DNA of 64,000 nucleotides from Massilia sp. PWRC2 (GTDB lineage Bacteria; Pseudomonadota; Gammaproteobacteria; Burkholderiales; Burkholderiaceae_D): the NCBI RefSeq assembly GCF_049896725.1, contig NZ_JAFCUW010000005.1, forward strand, positions 296,515-360,514, written 5' to 3'. Within the stretch, counting starts at the first letter, position 1. Each line of letters opens with the position of its first letter. The position numbers and the translations under genes are program-made. The notes beneath the pieces are model-generated. The model saw only the letters and a program-made list of their open reading frames with translations, made no database searches and had not been told where the DNA came from. This document shows, in pieces, positions 46,723 to 56,639 of this stretch.

Positions 46723-46981
46723 GGCGATTTTCCTTTTGCCCCAGGCTCGATCAGGTTGATCAACAAACGCCGGGCATGAGTTCACTATAGCGACCGCCGC
46801 CAGCAGTGCTATTGTTAATACAGACGCTTACATCTGCGGCGGCTGTGTAACAAAGCGCTGTAACAAAGCTGTGCAACAATCGAGCCCAGCGCGACCGGGC
46901 ACCCGCTGTGTTTCCGCGCGCCGCCTTGCAGAGGCGCACTTGCTCCCCATCTGTTGACCTTCTTCATAGCCAAAGCCTGCC

Positions 46982-48115
46982 ATGCCCCGTCGTGCTTTTT
47001 ATAAACTGCTCGCCCTGGCGGCGCTCTTGCATCTCTATCTGGGGCTGCGCCTGCTGCCCGCGATGGCCCTCGGCCAGGCGGCGCTGGCGGCCGCCATCGG
47101 CTTGTTGCTGGTGTCGTCGGTGCTGGTACCCACCGGGCTGATCGTCTCGAGCCTGCGGCGCGCGCACTGGACGACACCGCTGACCTGGGCCGCGCTATTG
47201 TCGATGGGACTGTTTTCCTCGCTGCTGCTGCTGACCGTGGCGCGCGATCTGCTGCTGCTCGTGCTGACGCTGGCCGGCGTTGCCGATCCCGCCGTGCTGC
47301 GGCTGTCGGCCTTCGCCGCGCCACTACTGGCGCTGGCGCTGACGGCCCTTGGTCTGGTCAACGCGCGCCGGCTGGCGCGCGTGGTGACGGTGGAAGTGCC
47401 GATTGCCGGCTTGCCGGCAGCACTGCATGGCTACACCATCGTGCAGTTGTCCGATATCCATGTCGGCCCCACCATCAAGCGCGCCTACCTGGAAGCGATC
47501 GTCGCCCGCGCCAATGCCCTGCGCGGCGACGCCATCGCCATCACCGGTGACCTGGTCGACGGCAGCGTGGCGCAACTGGCCGAGCACACGGCGCCGCTGG
47601 CCCAGCTGGTGGCCCGCGACGGCGTGTTTTTCGTCACTGGCAACCATGAATACTATTCGGGCGCGCAGGCGTGGATCAGCGAACTGCGCCGGCTGGGTTT
47701 GACCGTGCTGATGAACGAACACGTCCTGCGCGAGCGCGCCGGCGCCGTCGTCATGATCGCCGGTGTGGCCGATTTTCATGCCCACCATTTCGACGTCAGC
47801 CACCGCAGCGATCCGCACCAGGCTGCCGCCGGCGCGCCCGCCGGCATCAGCGCGCGCATCCTGCTGGCGCACCAGCCGCGCAGCGCCCTTGAGGCGGTCG
47901 ATGCCGGTTTCCACCTGCAACTGTCCGGCCACACCCACGGCGGCCAGTTCTTCCCATGGAATCTGCTGGTGCCCCTGCAGCAGCCCTACGTGGCCGGCTT
48001 GCGCCAGCTGCGCAGCCTGTGGGTCTATACCAGCCGCGGCACCGGCTACTGGGGACCGCCAAAGCGGCTCGGCGCGCCATCTGAAATCACCCGCGTGCGG
48101 CTGGTGGCGGCGTAA
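46982..48115 (+). CDS. Membrane-anchored calcineurin-like metallophosphoesterase (YkuE-like).
   Basis: Three N-terminal TM segments precede the metallophosphoesterase motifs DIHVGP, GDLVDG and GNHEY. Confidence 0.85.
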   Translation: MPRRAFYKLLALAALLHLYLGLRLLPAMALGQAALAAAIGLLLVSSVLVPTGLIVSSLRRAHWTTPLTWAALLSMGLFSSLLLLTVARDLLLLVLTLAGVADPAVLRLSAFAAPLLALALTALGLVNARRLARVVTVEVPIAGLPAALHGYTIVQLSDIHVGPTIKRAYLEAIVARANALRGDAIAITGDLVDGSVAQLAEHTAPLAQLVARDGVFFVTGNHEYYSGAQAWISELRRLGLTVLMNEHVLRERAGAVVMIAGVADFHAHHFDVSHRSDPHQAAAGAPAGISARILLAHQPRSALEAVDAGFHLQLSGHTHGGQFFPWNLLVPLQQPYVAGLRQLRSLWVYTSRGTGYWGPPKRLGAPSEITRVRLVAA

Positions 48116-48202
48116 GGGCACAGCACTGGCCGGCAGCGCGGTGGCGCCGCTATACTGTTGTTCGTCAGTATTTTTTAACCACCCACTTGTTGAAGGAACC
48201 GC

Positions 48203-49636
48203 ATGAACCGTTCTTGCCGCCGCCTGTCCCTTTCCCTGATTGCCCTTGCCGTCGCCGGCACCGCCAGCGCGGCTGCGCCCGGTAACGATGGTGTGGCCCT
48301 GGGCAAGATTCGCGATAGCGCCCTGGCCAGCGACTGGGCCTATGAACGGCTGGCCGACATGACCGATCTGATCGGCCCGCGCCTGTCCGGTTCGGCCGGC
48401 GCCAGCGCCGCCGTGGTGCAAGTGGCCGAGGCGATGCGCCAACTCGGCGCCAGGGTCACCCTGCAGCCGGTCAAGGTGCCGCACTGGGTGCGCGGCCTCG
48501 AGACGGCCACGCTGGTCGATTACGCCGGCCGTCCAGCCGGACTGAGCCAGAAGGTGGTACTGACCGCGCTGGGCGGCTCCGGCGCCACCCCGGCCGCCGG
48601 CCTGCGCGCCCAGGTACTGGTGCTGCACGACCTCGACGAACTCAAGGCGCGTGTCGCCGAAGTGAAGGGCCGCATCGTGCTGTTCGACGTCGCCTTCGAC
48701 CAGCGCATGGCCGATCACGGCATGGCCGGCCAGGCGTACGGCCAGGGCGTGCTGTACCGCGGCATGGGGACCAGGCTGGCGGCGCAGATGGGCGCGGCGG
48801 CGGTGCTGGTGCGCTCGGTGGGCGGCGCCGATTTCCGCCTGCCGCACACCGGCTCGTCCGGTTTGCAGGACGGCGCCCGCATTCCTGCTGCTGCCGTCGC
48901 CGCCGAGGATGCCATGCTGATGACGCGTCTGGCTGCGCGCGGTCCCTTGACCATGGAACTGGTGCTGACCCCGCAGATCCTGGCCGATGCCGACAGTTTT
49001 AATGTGATTGCCGATCTGCCTGGCCTGGACAAGGCCGACGAAGTGGTGGTGGTGTCAGGCCACCTCGATTCCTGGGATCTGGCCACCGGCGCCAATGACG
49101 ATGCCACCGGCGTCGTCAGTGCGATGGCGGTGCTGGAGACGCTCAAGAAACTCGATTATCAACCGCGCCGCACCATCCGCATGATTGCCTGGATGAACGA
49201 GGAAAACGGCACGCGCGGTGCCCAGGCGTATGTAGAGGCGAACCGGGCGCTGGTGGCGAAACACGTGGCGGCCATCGAAAATGACGAAGGTTCGGGGCGC
49301 GTGTTCGGCATGCGCACCAGTATTCCGGTGGCATCGATGGTGCACTTCGCCGGCCTGCGCGCCGCCTTGCTGCCGATGGGGGCGGCCGGTCTGCAGCGTA
49401 CCGATGTGCTGGGCACGGGCGATTTGAGCGGCCTCGAGCGCGCTGGCGTGCCCAGTTTCTCGCCGCTGATCGATGACTCGACCTATTTTAATTATCACCA
49501 CACCGCTGCCGATACCTTCGACAAGGTCAAGCCGGAAGAGCTGCGCCGGCATGTGGCGGTGATGGCCACCACCGCCTGGTACCTGGCGAATATGAACGAG
49601 CCGATCGGCCGTACGCCGCCAGCGCCGGCCCGCTGA
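48203..49636 (+). CDS. M28-family secreted aminopeptidase with a PA domain.
   Basis: It has a signal peptide and the M28 zinc ligands (HLDSWD...GANDDATG...NEENGTRG). Confidence 0.88.
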   Translation: MNRSCRRLSLSLIALAVAGTASAAAPGNDGVALGKIRDSALASDWAYERLADMTDLIGPRLSGSAGASAAVVQVAEAMRQLGARVTLQPVKVPHWVRGLETATLVDYAGRPAGLSQKVVLTALGGSGATPAAGLRAQVLVLHDLDELKARVAEVKGRIVLFDVAFDQRMADHGMAGQAYGQGVLYRGMGTRLAAQMGAAAVLVRSVGGADFRLPHTGSSGLQDGARIPAAAVAAEDAMLMTRLAARGPLTMELVLTPQILADADSFNVIADLPGLDKADEVVVVSGHLDSWDLATGANDDATGVVSAMAVLETLKKLDYQPRRTIRMIAWMNEENGTRGAQAYVEANRALVAKHVAAIENDEGSGRVFGMRTSIPVASMVHFAGLRAALLPMGAAGLQRTDVLGTGDLSGLERAGVPSFSPLIDDSTYFNYHHTAADTFDKVKPEELRRHVAVMATTAWYLANMNEPIGRTPPAPAR

Positions 49637-49652
49637 ACGGCGCAATGGCGTA

Positions 49653-49678
49653 AAAAAACCCGGCGTGCCGGGTTTTTT
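49653..49678 (+). terminator. Rho-independent terminator after the M28 peptidase gene.
   Basis: The sequence is aaaaaacccggcgtgccgggttttttg, a GC-rich stem followed by a T-run. It is also bidirectional, since an A-run precedes it. Confidence 0.85.
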
Positions 49679-49729
49679 GCTTTGTACTGCAGCTGCTGGC
49701 ATGGCGCCCGCAAGGACTGCCTGCGCGGA

Positions 49730-49921
49730 CTATATGTTCAGCCGTGGCAGGTAACCGGCGGGCACGATGCCAAACACCGACAGCACGATCAAGATCAGCA
49801 GGATGATAAACAGCACGCGCACGATCTGCGCGACAGGCGAGGGCAGCGGCAGCATGCTGACCAGCCACCAGATAAGGCCGAAGATGACCAGGTAAATGAT
49901 CAGGGTAACAAGAACGTTCAT
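49730..49921 (-). CDS. Small (63 aa) two-TM membrane protein.
   Basis: An ATG has a GAGGA RBS. The product MNVLVTLIIYLVIFGLIWWLVSM... is very hydrophobic. Confidence 0.4.
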   Translation of the reverse strand: MNVLVTLIIYLVIFGLIWWLVSMLPLPSPVAQIVRVLFIILLILIVLSVFGIVPAGYLPRLNI

Positions 49922-50043
49922 GAATTTTCCTCTGCAGCGTGGGATGAAGTTGTCGGATTGGACATAGCCATCATGCCCCAGCCATCCAGAGGCCACTGTT
50001 CGCCAAAGCACATATGATTGAAAAATCTTGCCATTCGAGCAGC

Positions 50044-50442
50044 TTACTGTTCGGAATGGTGTGCGCCTGCCCAACTGACGGCGATGCGGCGCACGGAGCG
50101 GGCACGGCCGTGGAACTGGCGGCCATACATGGTCTGGATGCCGCTGGAAAAATTCTGGCCCCAGACCAGCTGCGAGCGCGTCTCTGACTGCTCGGCCGAC
50201 CAGTACCAGACGCGCAAGAACAGCTCCTTCAGGTTGGCGTGCAACAGCGATAACTCGCGCCGGCTGGGCAAGTCACCACCGCGGTTGATGGCCCAGGCGC
50301 GCGCGGCCGACCAGGTGACGTCGTCGATGTCGCCGTCCAGCAAAACCAGGTGATGGTCGGGCGCGCCATTCTTGCCCAGGATGAGACCGGCGTAGACCTC
50401 GCCGTCCGGCAAGGATTGCTTGATTGACTCATGGCTACTCAT
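50044..50442 (-). CDS. DUF1566-like (Lcl C-terminal domain-type) protein.
   Basis: The 133 aa sequence starting MSSHESIKQ... has GKNGAPDHHLVLL and WSAARAWAINRGGDLPSRRELSLLHANL motifs. This family assignment is from memory and is tentative. Confidence 0.45.
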   Translation of the reverse strand: MSSHESIKQSLPDGEVYAGLILGKNGAPDHHLVLLDGDIDDVTWSAARAWAINRGGDLPSRRELSLLHANLKELFLRVWYWSAEQSETRSQLVWGQNFSSGIQTMYGRQFHGRARSVRRIAVSWAGAHHSEQ

Positions 50443-50628
50443 ACATTTCTCCAGCGGTGAATCCGGCAATGGATCAGACAGCCATGACGGCCGGAAGTTG
50501 CGCCCAATGGTGACCGCTGCGCGCAAAGCTAATCTGGATCAAAGGAGGGCGCTGTCGGCGCCGCGCACGGGCGCGCACGCGCCGGCGCGGTCTTCTCTGG
50601 CAGGGCGGGCGAGGTCGCGTAAAATTGG

Positions 50629-50658
50629 GGTTGCGGTTGCGGTTGCGGTTGCGGTTCC
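50629..50658. repeat. Hexanucleotide repeat (ggttgc)x5 upstream of the VanZ-like gene.
   Basis: Read directly in the sequence. Confidence 0.8.
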
Positions 50659-50804
50659 GTGAGCCGGCGGCTGAAGTTGTCCGCTGCGCTGTGCTGTGCT
50701 TGCCTGGGCCTTGGGTGCGGGAAAGATGCGACAGCACCCTGCGCTGCCAGTTCCCCCCTCAAGCAGGTGCCTGCAGCCCCTTTTTTGTTCGTTCCCTCAC
50801 TGCC

Positions 50805-52088
50805 ATGCTCCGACTCACCCTCCTGTTCCTGATCCTGATTGTGTATGGCAGCCTGTACCCGTTCACTGAATGGACGCCGGCGCGCACGCCGCTGTTTGCC
50901 TTTCTGTTGCAGTGGCCGGTGCACATTCCCCGCGCCGACCTGGTGCAGAACGTGCTGGCGTACGCGCCGTTTGGGCTGTTTCTGGGCCTGTACCGGCTGC
51001 GCCGGCCGGGCGCACGCGCCGCTGCCGCGCTGCGCTGGACCGTCGAGGCGGGCTTTTTACTCAGTTTGACCATGGAATGCCTGCAGCAGTTCGAACCGGT
51101 GCGCACGGCGTCGACCGCCGACATCGCCATGAACGTGCTCGGCAGCGCTGCCGGCGCCGTACTGGCGCTGATTCTGGCAGCCACGCCGCTGCCGCCGGCG
51201 TGGTCGGCGGCGCGCCACCCGGGTTTGCTGATCGCCCGTCTGCATGACTGGCGGCAGCGCTGCTTCTACGGTGGCACCCTGCCCAATCTGGGGCTGGCGG
51301 CAGTGGCGCTGTGGGTGCTCTCCCAGACCAGCCCGCTGGTGCCCGCCTTCGACCTGGCCTACCTGGGCCACAAGCTGGTCGTGCTGGCCTGGCAGCTGCG
51401 CGCGGCGGCGCATGCGGCGCTGGCGCCGCTGCTGGTCGTTGCCGCCCAGCTCGTCGCGCTCGGTCTGCTCATGCGCACCGTGCTGCGGCCACGGCCAGAG
51501 CAGCGCTACGGCGACGGCGTGTTCGCCGCCATGCTGGCGCTGGTGTTCGCCGTCAAGCTGCTGATGGTGGGGCGCTACCTGGTGCTCTCCGATGTGGCCG
51601 GCGCTGCCATCGCGCTGGCCGTGCTGGCCGTGCTGCAGCGCGATCGACGCAGCGGCCGCCGGCGCGCGGCCCTGGCCGGCAGTGTGCTGCTGGTGGCCGG
51701 CTTCATTGTCGGCGAATCGCTGGTCGGTGATGGTGGCGGCCTGCACCCGTTCAACTGGGTGCCCCTGTCAGGGCAGATGCGTTCGCTGACGGGGCTGGAA
51801 AACATCCTCGAACTGTTCTGGCCATTTTTTGCGCTGGCGTATTTCGTCCGCTGGCTCACGGCCGCCGGGCGCCGCTTCCAGGTCATGATGCTCGGGGCGC
51901 TGCTGGTGCTGGCGCTGGTGTTTCAGCTCGAATGGATGCAGCAGGCCTTGCCGGGACGCTACGGCGACATCACCCAGGTGTTGCTGGCTGTGTGCGGCTG
52001 GCTGCTGCCGTGGAGCTTCCGCTCGGCTGACTTTCAACGAGCCGCACGGCGCGCCAGCGCGGCCGTCACGCCGGTGGCGATACCTTGA
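50805..52088 (+). CDS. VanZ-like family membrane protein with an extended C-terminal multi-TM region.
   Basis: The VanZ core motifs are present (LILIVYGSLYPFTEW ... ECLQQFEPVRTASTADIAMNVLGSAAG). It is followed by more than 6 further TM helices. Confidence 0.75.
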   Translation: MLRLTLLFLILIVYGSLYPFTEWTPARTPLFAFLLQWPVHIPRADLVQNVLAYAPFGLFLGLYRLRRPGARAAAALRWTVEAGFLLSLTMECLQQFEPVRTASTADIAMNVLGSAAGAVLALILAATPLPPAWSAARHPGLLIARLHDWRQRCFYGGTLPNLGLAAVALWVLSQTSPLVPAFDLAYLGHKLVVLAWQLRAAAHAALAPLLVVAAQLVALGLLMRTVLRPRPEQRYGDGVFAAMLALVFAVKLLMVGRYLVLSDVAGAAIALAVLAVLQRDRRSGRRRAALAGSVLLVAGFIVGESLVGDGGGLHPFNWVPLSGQMRSLTGLENILELFWPFFALAYFVRWLTAAGRRFQVMMLGALLVLALVFQLEWMQQALPGRYGDITQVLLAVCGWLLPWSFRSADFQRAARRASAAVTPVAIP

Positions 52089-54480
52089 AGGCATCCAGCA
52101 GGTGTTCGCTGGCTGCCAGCCGCGCCTGCAGCTCGTGCTGGGTGGTATTGTCGAGCACCATGCCAAACACGCCGATGACCTTGCCGTGGCGATCGCGGTC
52201 GGGCAGGTAGTGCACCTGCAGCTTGGCGGGGGCACCGGCAATCGTATTGTCCAGTTCGAACGACACCTCGGCGCCGGCCAGCGCCTGCTCGATCTGTACG
52301 CGGACGGTTTCAAAGGCGCTGTGTCCGAACACGTCGCTGATGGTCTTGCCGGCGAGGGCATCGGGCGGCAGGTTGAACCAGCGCTGGTAGCTTTTGTTGG
52401 TGAAGCGGTAGCGGAAGTCGCGGTCGATGTAGGACACCAGCACAGGCAAGTTGTTGGCGATCAGGCGCAGCCGTTTCTCGCTCTGGCGCAGCGCCTCGCG
52501 CGCCGCCTGGCGTGCTGAAATGTCCTGGATAAATACATGGGCCAGGTAACCATCGTCGGTCAGTTCGCTCTTGAGTGACAGTTCCACCGGCAGCTGGCGG
52601 CCGTCGCGATGGCTGGCGCGCAGCTCGATGCGGTGGTTGAGGGCATTGTCACGGCCGCTGTCGTCCATCGCAGCTGCCAGTTTGGCGTGGTCGGCGGTAT
52701 GCAGAATCAGGCTGGCAAGGTGGCGGCCGTGCGCCTCGTCTGCAGTCCAGCCGAACAGCCGCGCGGCCTGGGCATTCCAGTCGGTGATCAGGCCGTGCTC
52801 GTCGAGGGCGACGAAGGCGTCGTTGCAGCCCTCCAGGATGCGCGCCGTGCGCCGCTGGGCGCGGCCCAGCGCCGTTACCAGCGGACGCACCAGGCGGCGC
52901 AGGATCAGGGTGCCGCCGGCGACCACCGCCGCCAGCACCAGCAGCAGTTGCAGTACGCGCCCGCGCAAGGGGGCGTACAGCGACTCGACTGCCGAGGTCA
53001 CCCCCAGAGCGAGGCCGAAATTGCTCACTGGCGTGTAGGCCGAGATGATGCTGGCGCTGTCGGTGGTATCGTTGACGATCCCTGTACCGCTGACGCCGCC
53101 AAGGGCCAGCGCCAGGCTGCCGGCCACGCTGCCGGGGTCGGCCTGCATCGGCTGCAGCAGGAAGCTGCGCTGAAAGCGCGTCGGACCACAGGCGAAGCTG
53201 GCCTCGGCCGCCGGCACGCCGCTGGCGACCACGCTGCACAGCGCGGTGTCGGTGGTGGCACCCGATTCCTGTACCTCGGCGAGCAGCGCATGGATGCGCG
53301 GCAAGCGCGTCTCTACCACCAGCACGCCCACCGTGCGGCCATGGTCGACGATGTCATTGCGCGTTTCCAGTACGTAGCCATCGGCCCAGAACAAAATGGC
53401 GCCACCGCCGCTGCCTTGCAGGATATGTTTGACGGTGGCATCACGGATGCTCAGGATGCCGGCGGAAAAGAGTACGGTGCCGTTGGCGGAGAGGAACTGG
53501 GCGCCCGTCACCTGCTCGTCAAAATAGCGTTCGGCCAGCTGCGACAGGGAAGCCGTGGCGGCGCGATCGACCGCCCCAGCCTGGCTGCTCAGCCTGGTCA
53601 TTGCCGAGCGCACGCTGGTGCGCGCGACGATCACTTTCGGATACCACAGGTTCGATTCGATTTCGTTGGCGATCGAGGCGGCGGTGGTGTGGGTGGTCAG
53701 CAGCAGGTTGCTGGCGGTCGCTTCTTCGAAACTGCTGCGTAGCACGGCAAAGCCGGCCACCCCGCCGATCACGGCAACAAAGGCGAACAGCACAGCGGAG
53801 CGGCGGTTGATGCGGGCTTCGGTGTGGTCGTCCGTGCGCGCCGCTGCCGCCGGGTACAGCAGCGACCATAGCCCCACCGCGCACACGCACAGCACCACTG
53901 CGGTCAGTGGCAGCAGGCGGTTGAAGCCAGCCAGGCGGTACAGGTCCTGCAGGCCGAGGGCGTGGCCGATCAAGGCCGCCACGCCGATCATCGCCACCAT
54001 GGCGGCGGCAGCGCCACCGACACTGGCACGCAAGCCGGGCCGCGGGCTCAACTGGCAGGCAAGGGCGACGCCGATCATCAGCATGGCGAGCGCGCCGTTG
54101 GGTGAGGTGCGGCCCGGGTGCGGGATGGCGGCGCTGGGGCGCGCCCCTGCAGCGGCCAGGTCGATCCCCAGCGCGATGTCAAATACGGTTTCCACAATGA
54201 AGCCGAGCGGCAGCAGCGTCAGCACCAGCAGGCACAGCAGCACGCTGGCGCGGCGCGCCGCCGCCATTTGCCGCCACGGCACCTCGAGCACGGCGATGGC
54301 GTAGCCGGCGCAGGCCATCATCGCCATGTTGAGCAGGCCCATGCGTTCGCCACCGGGCAGCATGTCGTACAACGTCGACAGGCCAGGCGCGCGCCCCAGC
54401 AGCAGCAGCACTGCGACAGCGACGACCAGCATGCCGCAGATACGGGAGGTAGGGTAGCGCTGCACGTAAAGGCCGCTCAA
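52066..54480 (-). CDS. Multi-TM sensor protein with tandem PAS domains and no recognisable output domain.
   Basis: An N-terminal 8-10 TM region (MASE-like) is followed by an extracytoplasmic or linker region and then 2-3 PAS folds (ILEGCNDAFVALDEHGLITDWN...; LIANNLPVLVSYIDRDFRYRFTN...). The protein ends right after the last PAS. I see no HisKA/HATPase, GGDEF or EAL motif. Confidence 0.7.
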   Translation of the reverse strand: MSGLYVQRYPTSRICGMLVVAVAVLLLLGRAPGLSTLYDMLPGGERMGLLNMAMMACAGYAIAVLEVPWRQMAAARRASVLLCLLVLTLLPLGFIVETVFDIALGIDLAAAGARPSAAIPHPGRTSPNGALAMLMIGVALACQLSPRPGLRASVGGAAAAMVAMIGVAALIGHALGLQDLYRLAGFNRLLPLTAVVLCVCAVGLWSLLYPAAAARTDDHTEARINRRSAVLFAFVAVIGGVAGFAVLRSSFEEATASNLLLTTHTTAASIANEIESNLWYPKVIVARTSVRSAMTRLSSQAGAVDRAATASLSQLAERYFDEQVTGAQFLSANGTVLFSAGILSIRDATVKHILQGSGGGAILFWADGYVLETRNDIVDHGRTVGVLVVETRLPRIHALLAEVQESGATTDTALCSVVASGVPAAEASFACGPTRFQRSFLLQPMQADPGSVAGSLALALGGVSGTGIVNDTTDSASIISAYTPVSNFGLALGVTSAVESLYAPLRGRVLQLLLVLAAVVAGGTLILRRLVRPLVTALGRAQRRTARILEGCNDAFVALDEHGLITDWNAQAARLFGWTADEAHGRHLASLILHTADHAKLAAAMDDSGRDNALNHRIELRASHRDGRQLPVELSLKSELTDDGYLAHVFIQDISARQAAREALRQSEKRLRLIANNLPVLVSYIDRDFRYRFTNKSYQRWFNLPPDALAGKTISDVFGHSAFETVRVQIEQALAGAEVSFELDNTIAGAPAKLQVHYLPDRDRHGKVIGVFGMVLDNTTQHELQARLAASEHLLDAFKVSPPA

Positions 54481-54791
54481 AACGTGGGTGAAGCGCTATT
54501 GTTACCGAAGATCAATAGACTGGCAATCCTCATTGCCGCAGCGGCCAGTGCGTTCAGTGCGGCTGGGGCGGCGTCAGCGCCCATGCTTTGTTGATAGATA
54601 CCAATTGTGTAGGATCGATCCCACACAGACGCGGTCGCCTGTCCGGTTGGCATATTGGCTCAGTTGGTTATTCTGGTGGTCCCGAGTCACACGGCTCGAG
54701 CATGCCGTCATCATCCCGCGGTGCCGTATGGTGCTCAACGAGAGCGCCGACCAGGGATCGCCCATCCGGGCCAACTCACAGGAGAAACTCC

Positions 54792-55247
54792 ATGCGCACT
54801 ACTTTGACCACCAGCTTGCTTGCAAGCGCTTTGCTGACCGCCACCTTGTCCACTGCGGCGTTCGCTCAAACTACCAAACAGCCCACCACCACGCCGGGTA
54901 CGGCGCCAGCGCCGGGCAGTGCCATGCCGGATGCCGGCATGGTCACGCCGCCGGTGGCTGGCAGTGCCGCTGCCAGCGGGGTGATTGATCAGTCGCCGAA
55001 CGGCGTGAACGGTATGAATGGTTTGAACGGCAGCGCCGGCGCCAGCGGTAGTGCCGGCACCAATGGCATGACGGGTTCGTCGACCTCTGGCAGCACGGCC
55101 GCCGGTGCGAACAGCGGCACCATGATGCCGCCAGCGCCCGATGCCATGCAAGGGGGCGCCAAGGCAGGTGCCGCTGGTAGCACTGGTGTTACCGATGGCA
55201 GCACCAGCAAATCGGGCAAGAAAAGCAAAACCGACAAAAAGAATTGA
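54792..55247 (+). CDS. Secreted low-complexity Gly/Ser/Thr/Ala-rich protein with a Lys-rich C-terminus.
   Basis: There is an RBS aggag and an ATG at 54792. The signal peptide is MRTTLTTSLLASALLTATLSTAAFA. The tracked ORF's upstream extension lacks coding character. Confidence 0.5.
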   Translation: MRTTLTTSLLASALLTATLSTAAFAQTTKQPTTTPGTAPAPGSAMPDAGMVTPPVAGSAAASGVIDQSPNGVNGMNGLNGSAGASGSAGTNGMTGSSTSGSTAAGANSGTMMPPAPDAMQGGAKAGAAGSTGVTDGSTSKSGKKSKTDKKN

Positions 55248-55267
55248 TTTGTCGCGCAGTGTGCATC

Positions 55268-55357
55268 GTTTGTACAGTTTGTACAGTTTGTACAGTTTGT
55301 ACAGTTTGTACAGTTTGTACAGTTTGTACAGTTTGTACAGTTTGTACAGTTTACACG
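55268..55357. repeat. Perfect 9-bp tandem repeat (gtttgtaca) x9 plus one degenerate unit; each unit contains the palindrome TGTACA.
   Basis: Read directly. It starts 21 bp after the stop of the secreted low-complexity protein. Confidence 0.95.
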
Positions 55358-55665
55358 GTTTAGTGAGCCGCTCCAAGCCGCCATCGCCAGCCTCGGGGCA
55401 GGCGGGGCGGTAATCGCACCGGCGCGCGCCTGTTGCGCTCGCCCCTCGCGCTTCGGCGCGCGTGACGCCACTGTGTCGTGCAAACGACATGGTGGCGTTG
55501 TGTTGTCTGCTGCAAGGGCCGCTCATGCCGGCTGGTTTTTTATCGGTAAGGTGCGCACAGGTCCGCGCCAACGGCGTAGCATCTGAGGTCGCTGGCCGTA
55601 CTGGCCGCAGCAGCCAGGCAAGTGATCCTGCATGCGGCGCCATTCGTCACTGAAGGGATAAACTG

Positions 55666-56112
55666 ATGAGCACAGGGACCATCCACCTGCACCGCGTACT
55701 GCGCGCCAGACCAGAGCGCATCTACCGCGCATTTCTCGACGCCGACGCCATGTCAAAATGGTTGCCGCCCTGCGGCTTCACCTGCAAGGTTGACCACATG
55801 GACGCCCGCGTGGGCGGCAGCTACAAGATGCTGTTTACTAATTTTTCGACCGGGCAAAGTCACTCGTTTGGCGGCGCCTACCGCGAACTGCAGCCCTACC
55901 AAAAGATTCGTTATACGGACAGCTTCGACGATCCCGCACTGCCCGGTGAGATGCAGACCACGGTAACCTTGCGGCCGGTGGCCGGCGGCACCGATGTCAG
56001 CATCGCGCAGGAAGGCGTGCCGGCCTCGATTCCCATCGAAATGTGTTACCTCGGCTGGCAGGAGTCGCTGGAACAGCTGGCCCGGCTGGTTGAGCCGGAA
56101 CTGGGGCAGTAG
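55666..56112 (+). CDS. SRPBCC (AHSA1 / START-like) family protein.
   Basis: The 148 aa sequence (RVLRARPERIYRAFLDADAMSKWLPP) is typical of the Activator-of-Hsp90-ATPase-like SRPBCC fold. Confidence 0.8.
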   Translation: MSTGTIHLHRVLRARPERIYRAFLDADAMSKWLPPCGFTCKVDHMDARVGGSYKMLFTNFSTGQSHSFGGAYRELQPYQKIRYTDSFDDPALPGEMQTTVTLRPVAGGTDVSIAQEGVPASIPIEMCYLGWQESLEQLARLVEPELGQ

Positions 56113-56142
56113 GCCTGCAGCCGGCAGCGCCAGCAGATCATT

Positions 56143-56628
56143 ATGCGCAGCAAGAATATGGTGTGCCTGTGGTACGACGGTGGCGCCCTCGAGGCCGCCA
56201 CCTTTTACGCCAGCACCTTTGCCGACAGTGCCGTCCACGCCGTGCAGCGGGCGCCGCTCGATTACCCGTCGGGCAAGCAGGGCGACGTGCTGACGGTGGA
56301 ATTTACCGTGATGGGGATACCCTGCATGGGGCTCAATGGCGGCCCCGGCTTTCCTCATAGCGTGGCGTTTTCCTTTCAGGTGGCAACCAGTGACCAGGCC
56401 GAGACGGACCGCCTGTGGGATGCCATCGTCACCAATGGTGGCGCGGAGAATGCCTGCGGCTGGTGCCGCGATCGCTGGGGCCTGTCAGGGCAGATCACGC
56501 CGCACGCGCTCAGCGATGCCATCAGCAACAGCAACCCAGCGGTGGCCCGGGCCGCGTTCGCCGCCATGATGCAGATGCGCAAAATCGACATTGCCGCCAT
56601 CGAGGCGGCGGTGGCGGCGGTGCAGTGA
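56143..56628 (+). CDS. VOC/glyoxalase-superfamily protein (PhnB-like / 3-demethylubiquinone-9 3-methyltransferase-domain type).
   Basis: The motifs VCLWYDGGALEAATFYASTF and LTVEFTVMGIPCMGLNGGP are characteristic of the PhnB-like family. Confidence 0.78.
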   Translation: MRSKNMVCLWYDGGALEAATFYASTFADSAVHAVQRAPLDYPSGKQGDVLTVEFTVMGIPCMGLNGGPGFPHSVAFSFQVATSDQAETDRLWDAIVTNGGAENACGWCRDRWGLSGQITPHALSDAISNSNPAVARAAFAAMMQMRKIDIAAIEAAVAAVQ

Positions 56629-56639
56629 CGGTGCCGGCG

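Noticed and set aside
54588-54791. An upstream extension of the ORF encoding the Gly/Ser/Thr-rich secreted protein.
   Set aside because: The extension has no RBS and poor coding character. The internal ATG at 54792 has a good RBS and starts a canonical signal peptide.
55261-55360. Considered whether the 9-bp tandem array is a CRISPR array.
   Set aside because: The units are directly abutting with no spacers. The unit length of 9 bp is far below CRISPR repeat size. No cas genes are nearby.
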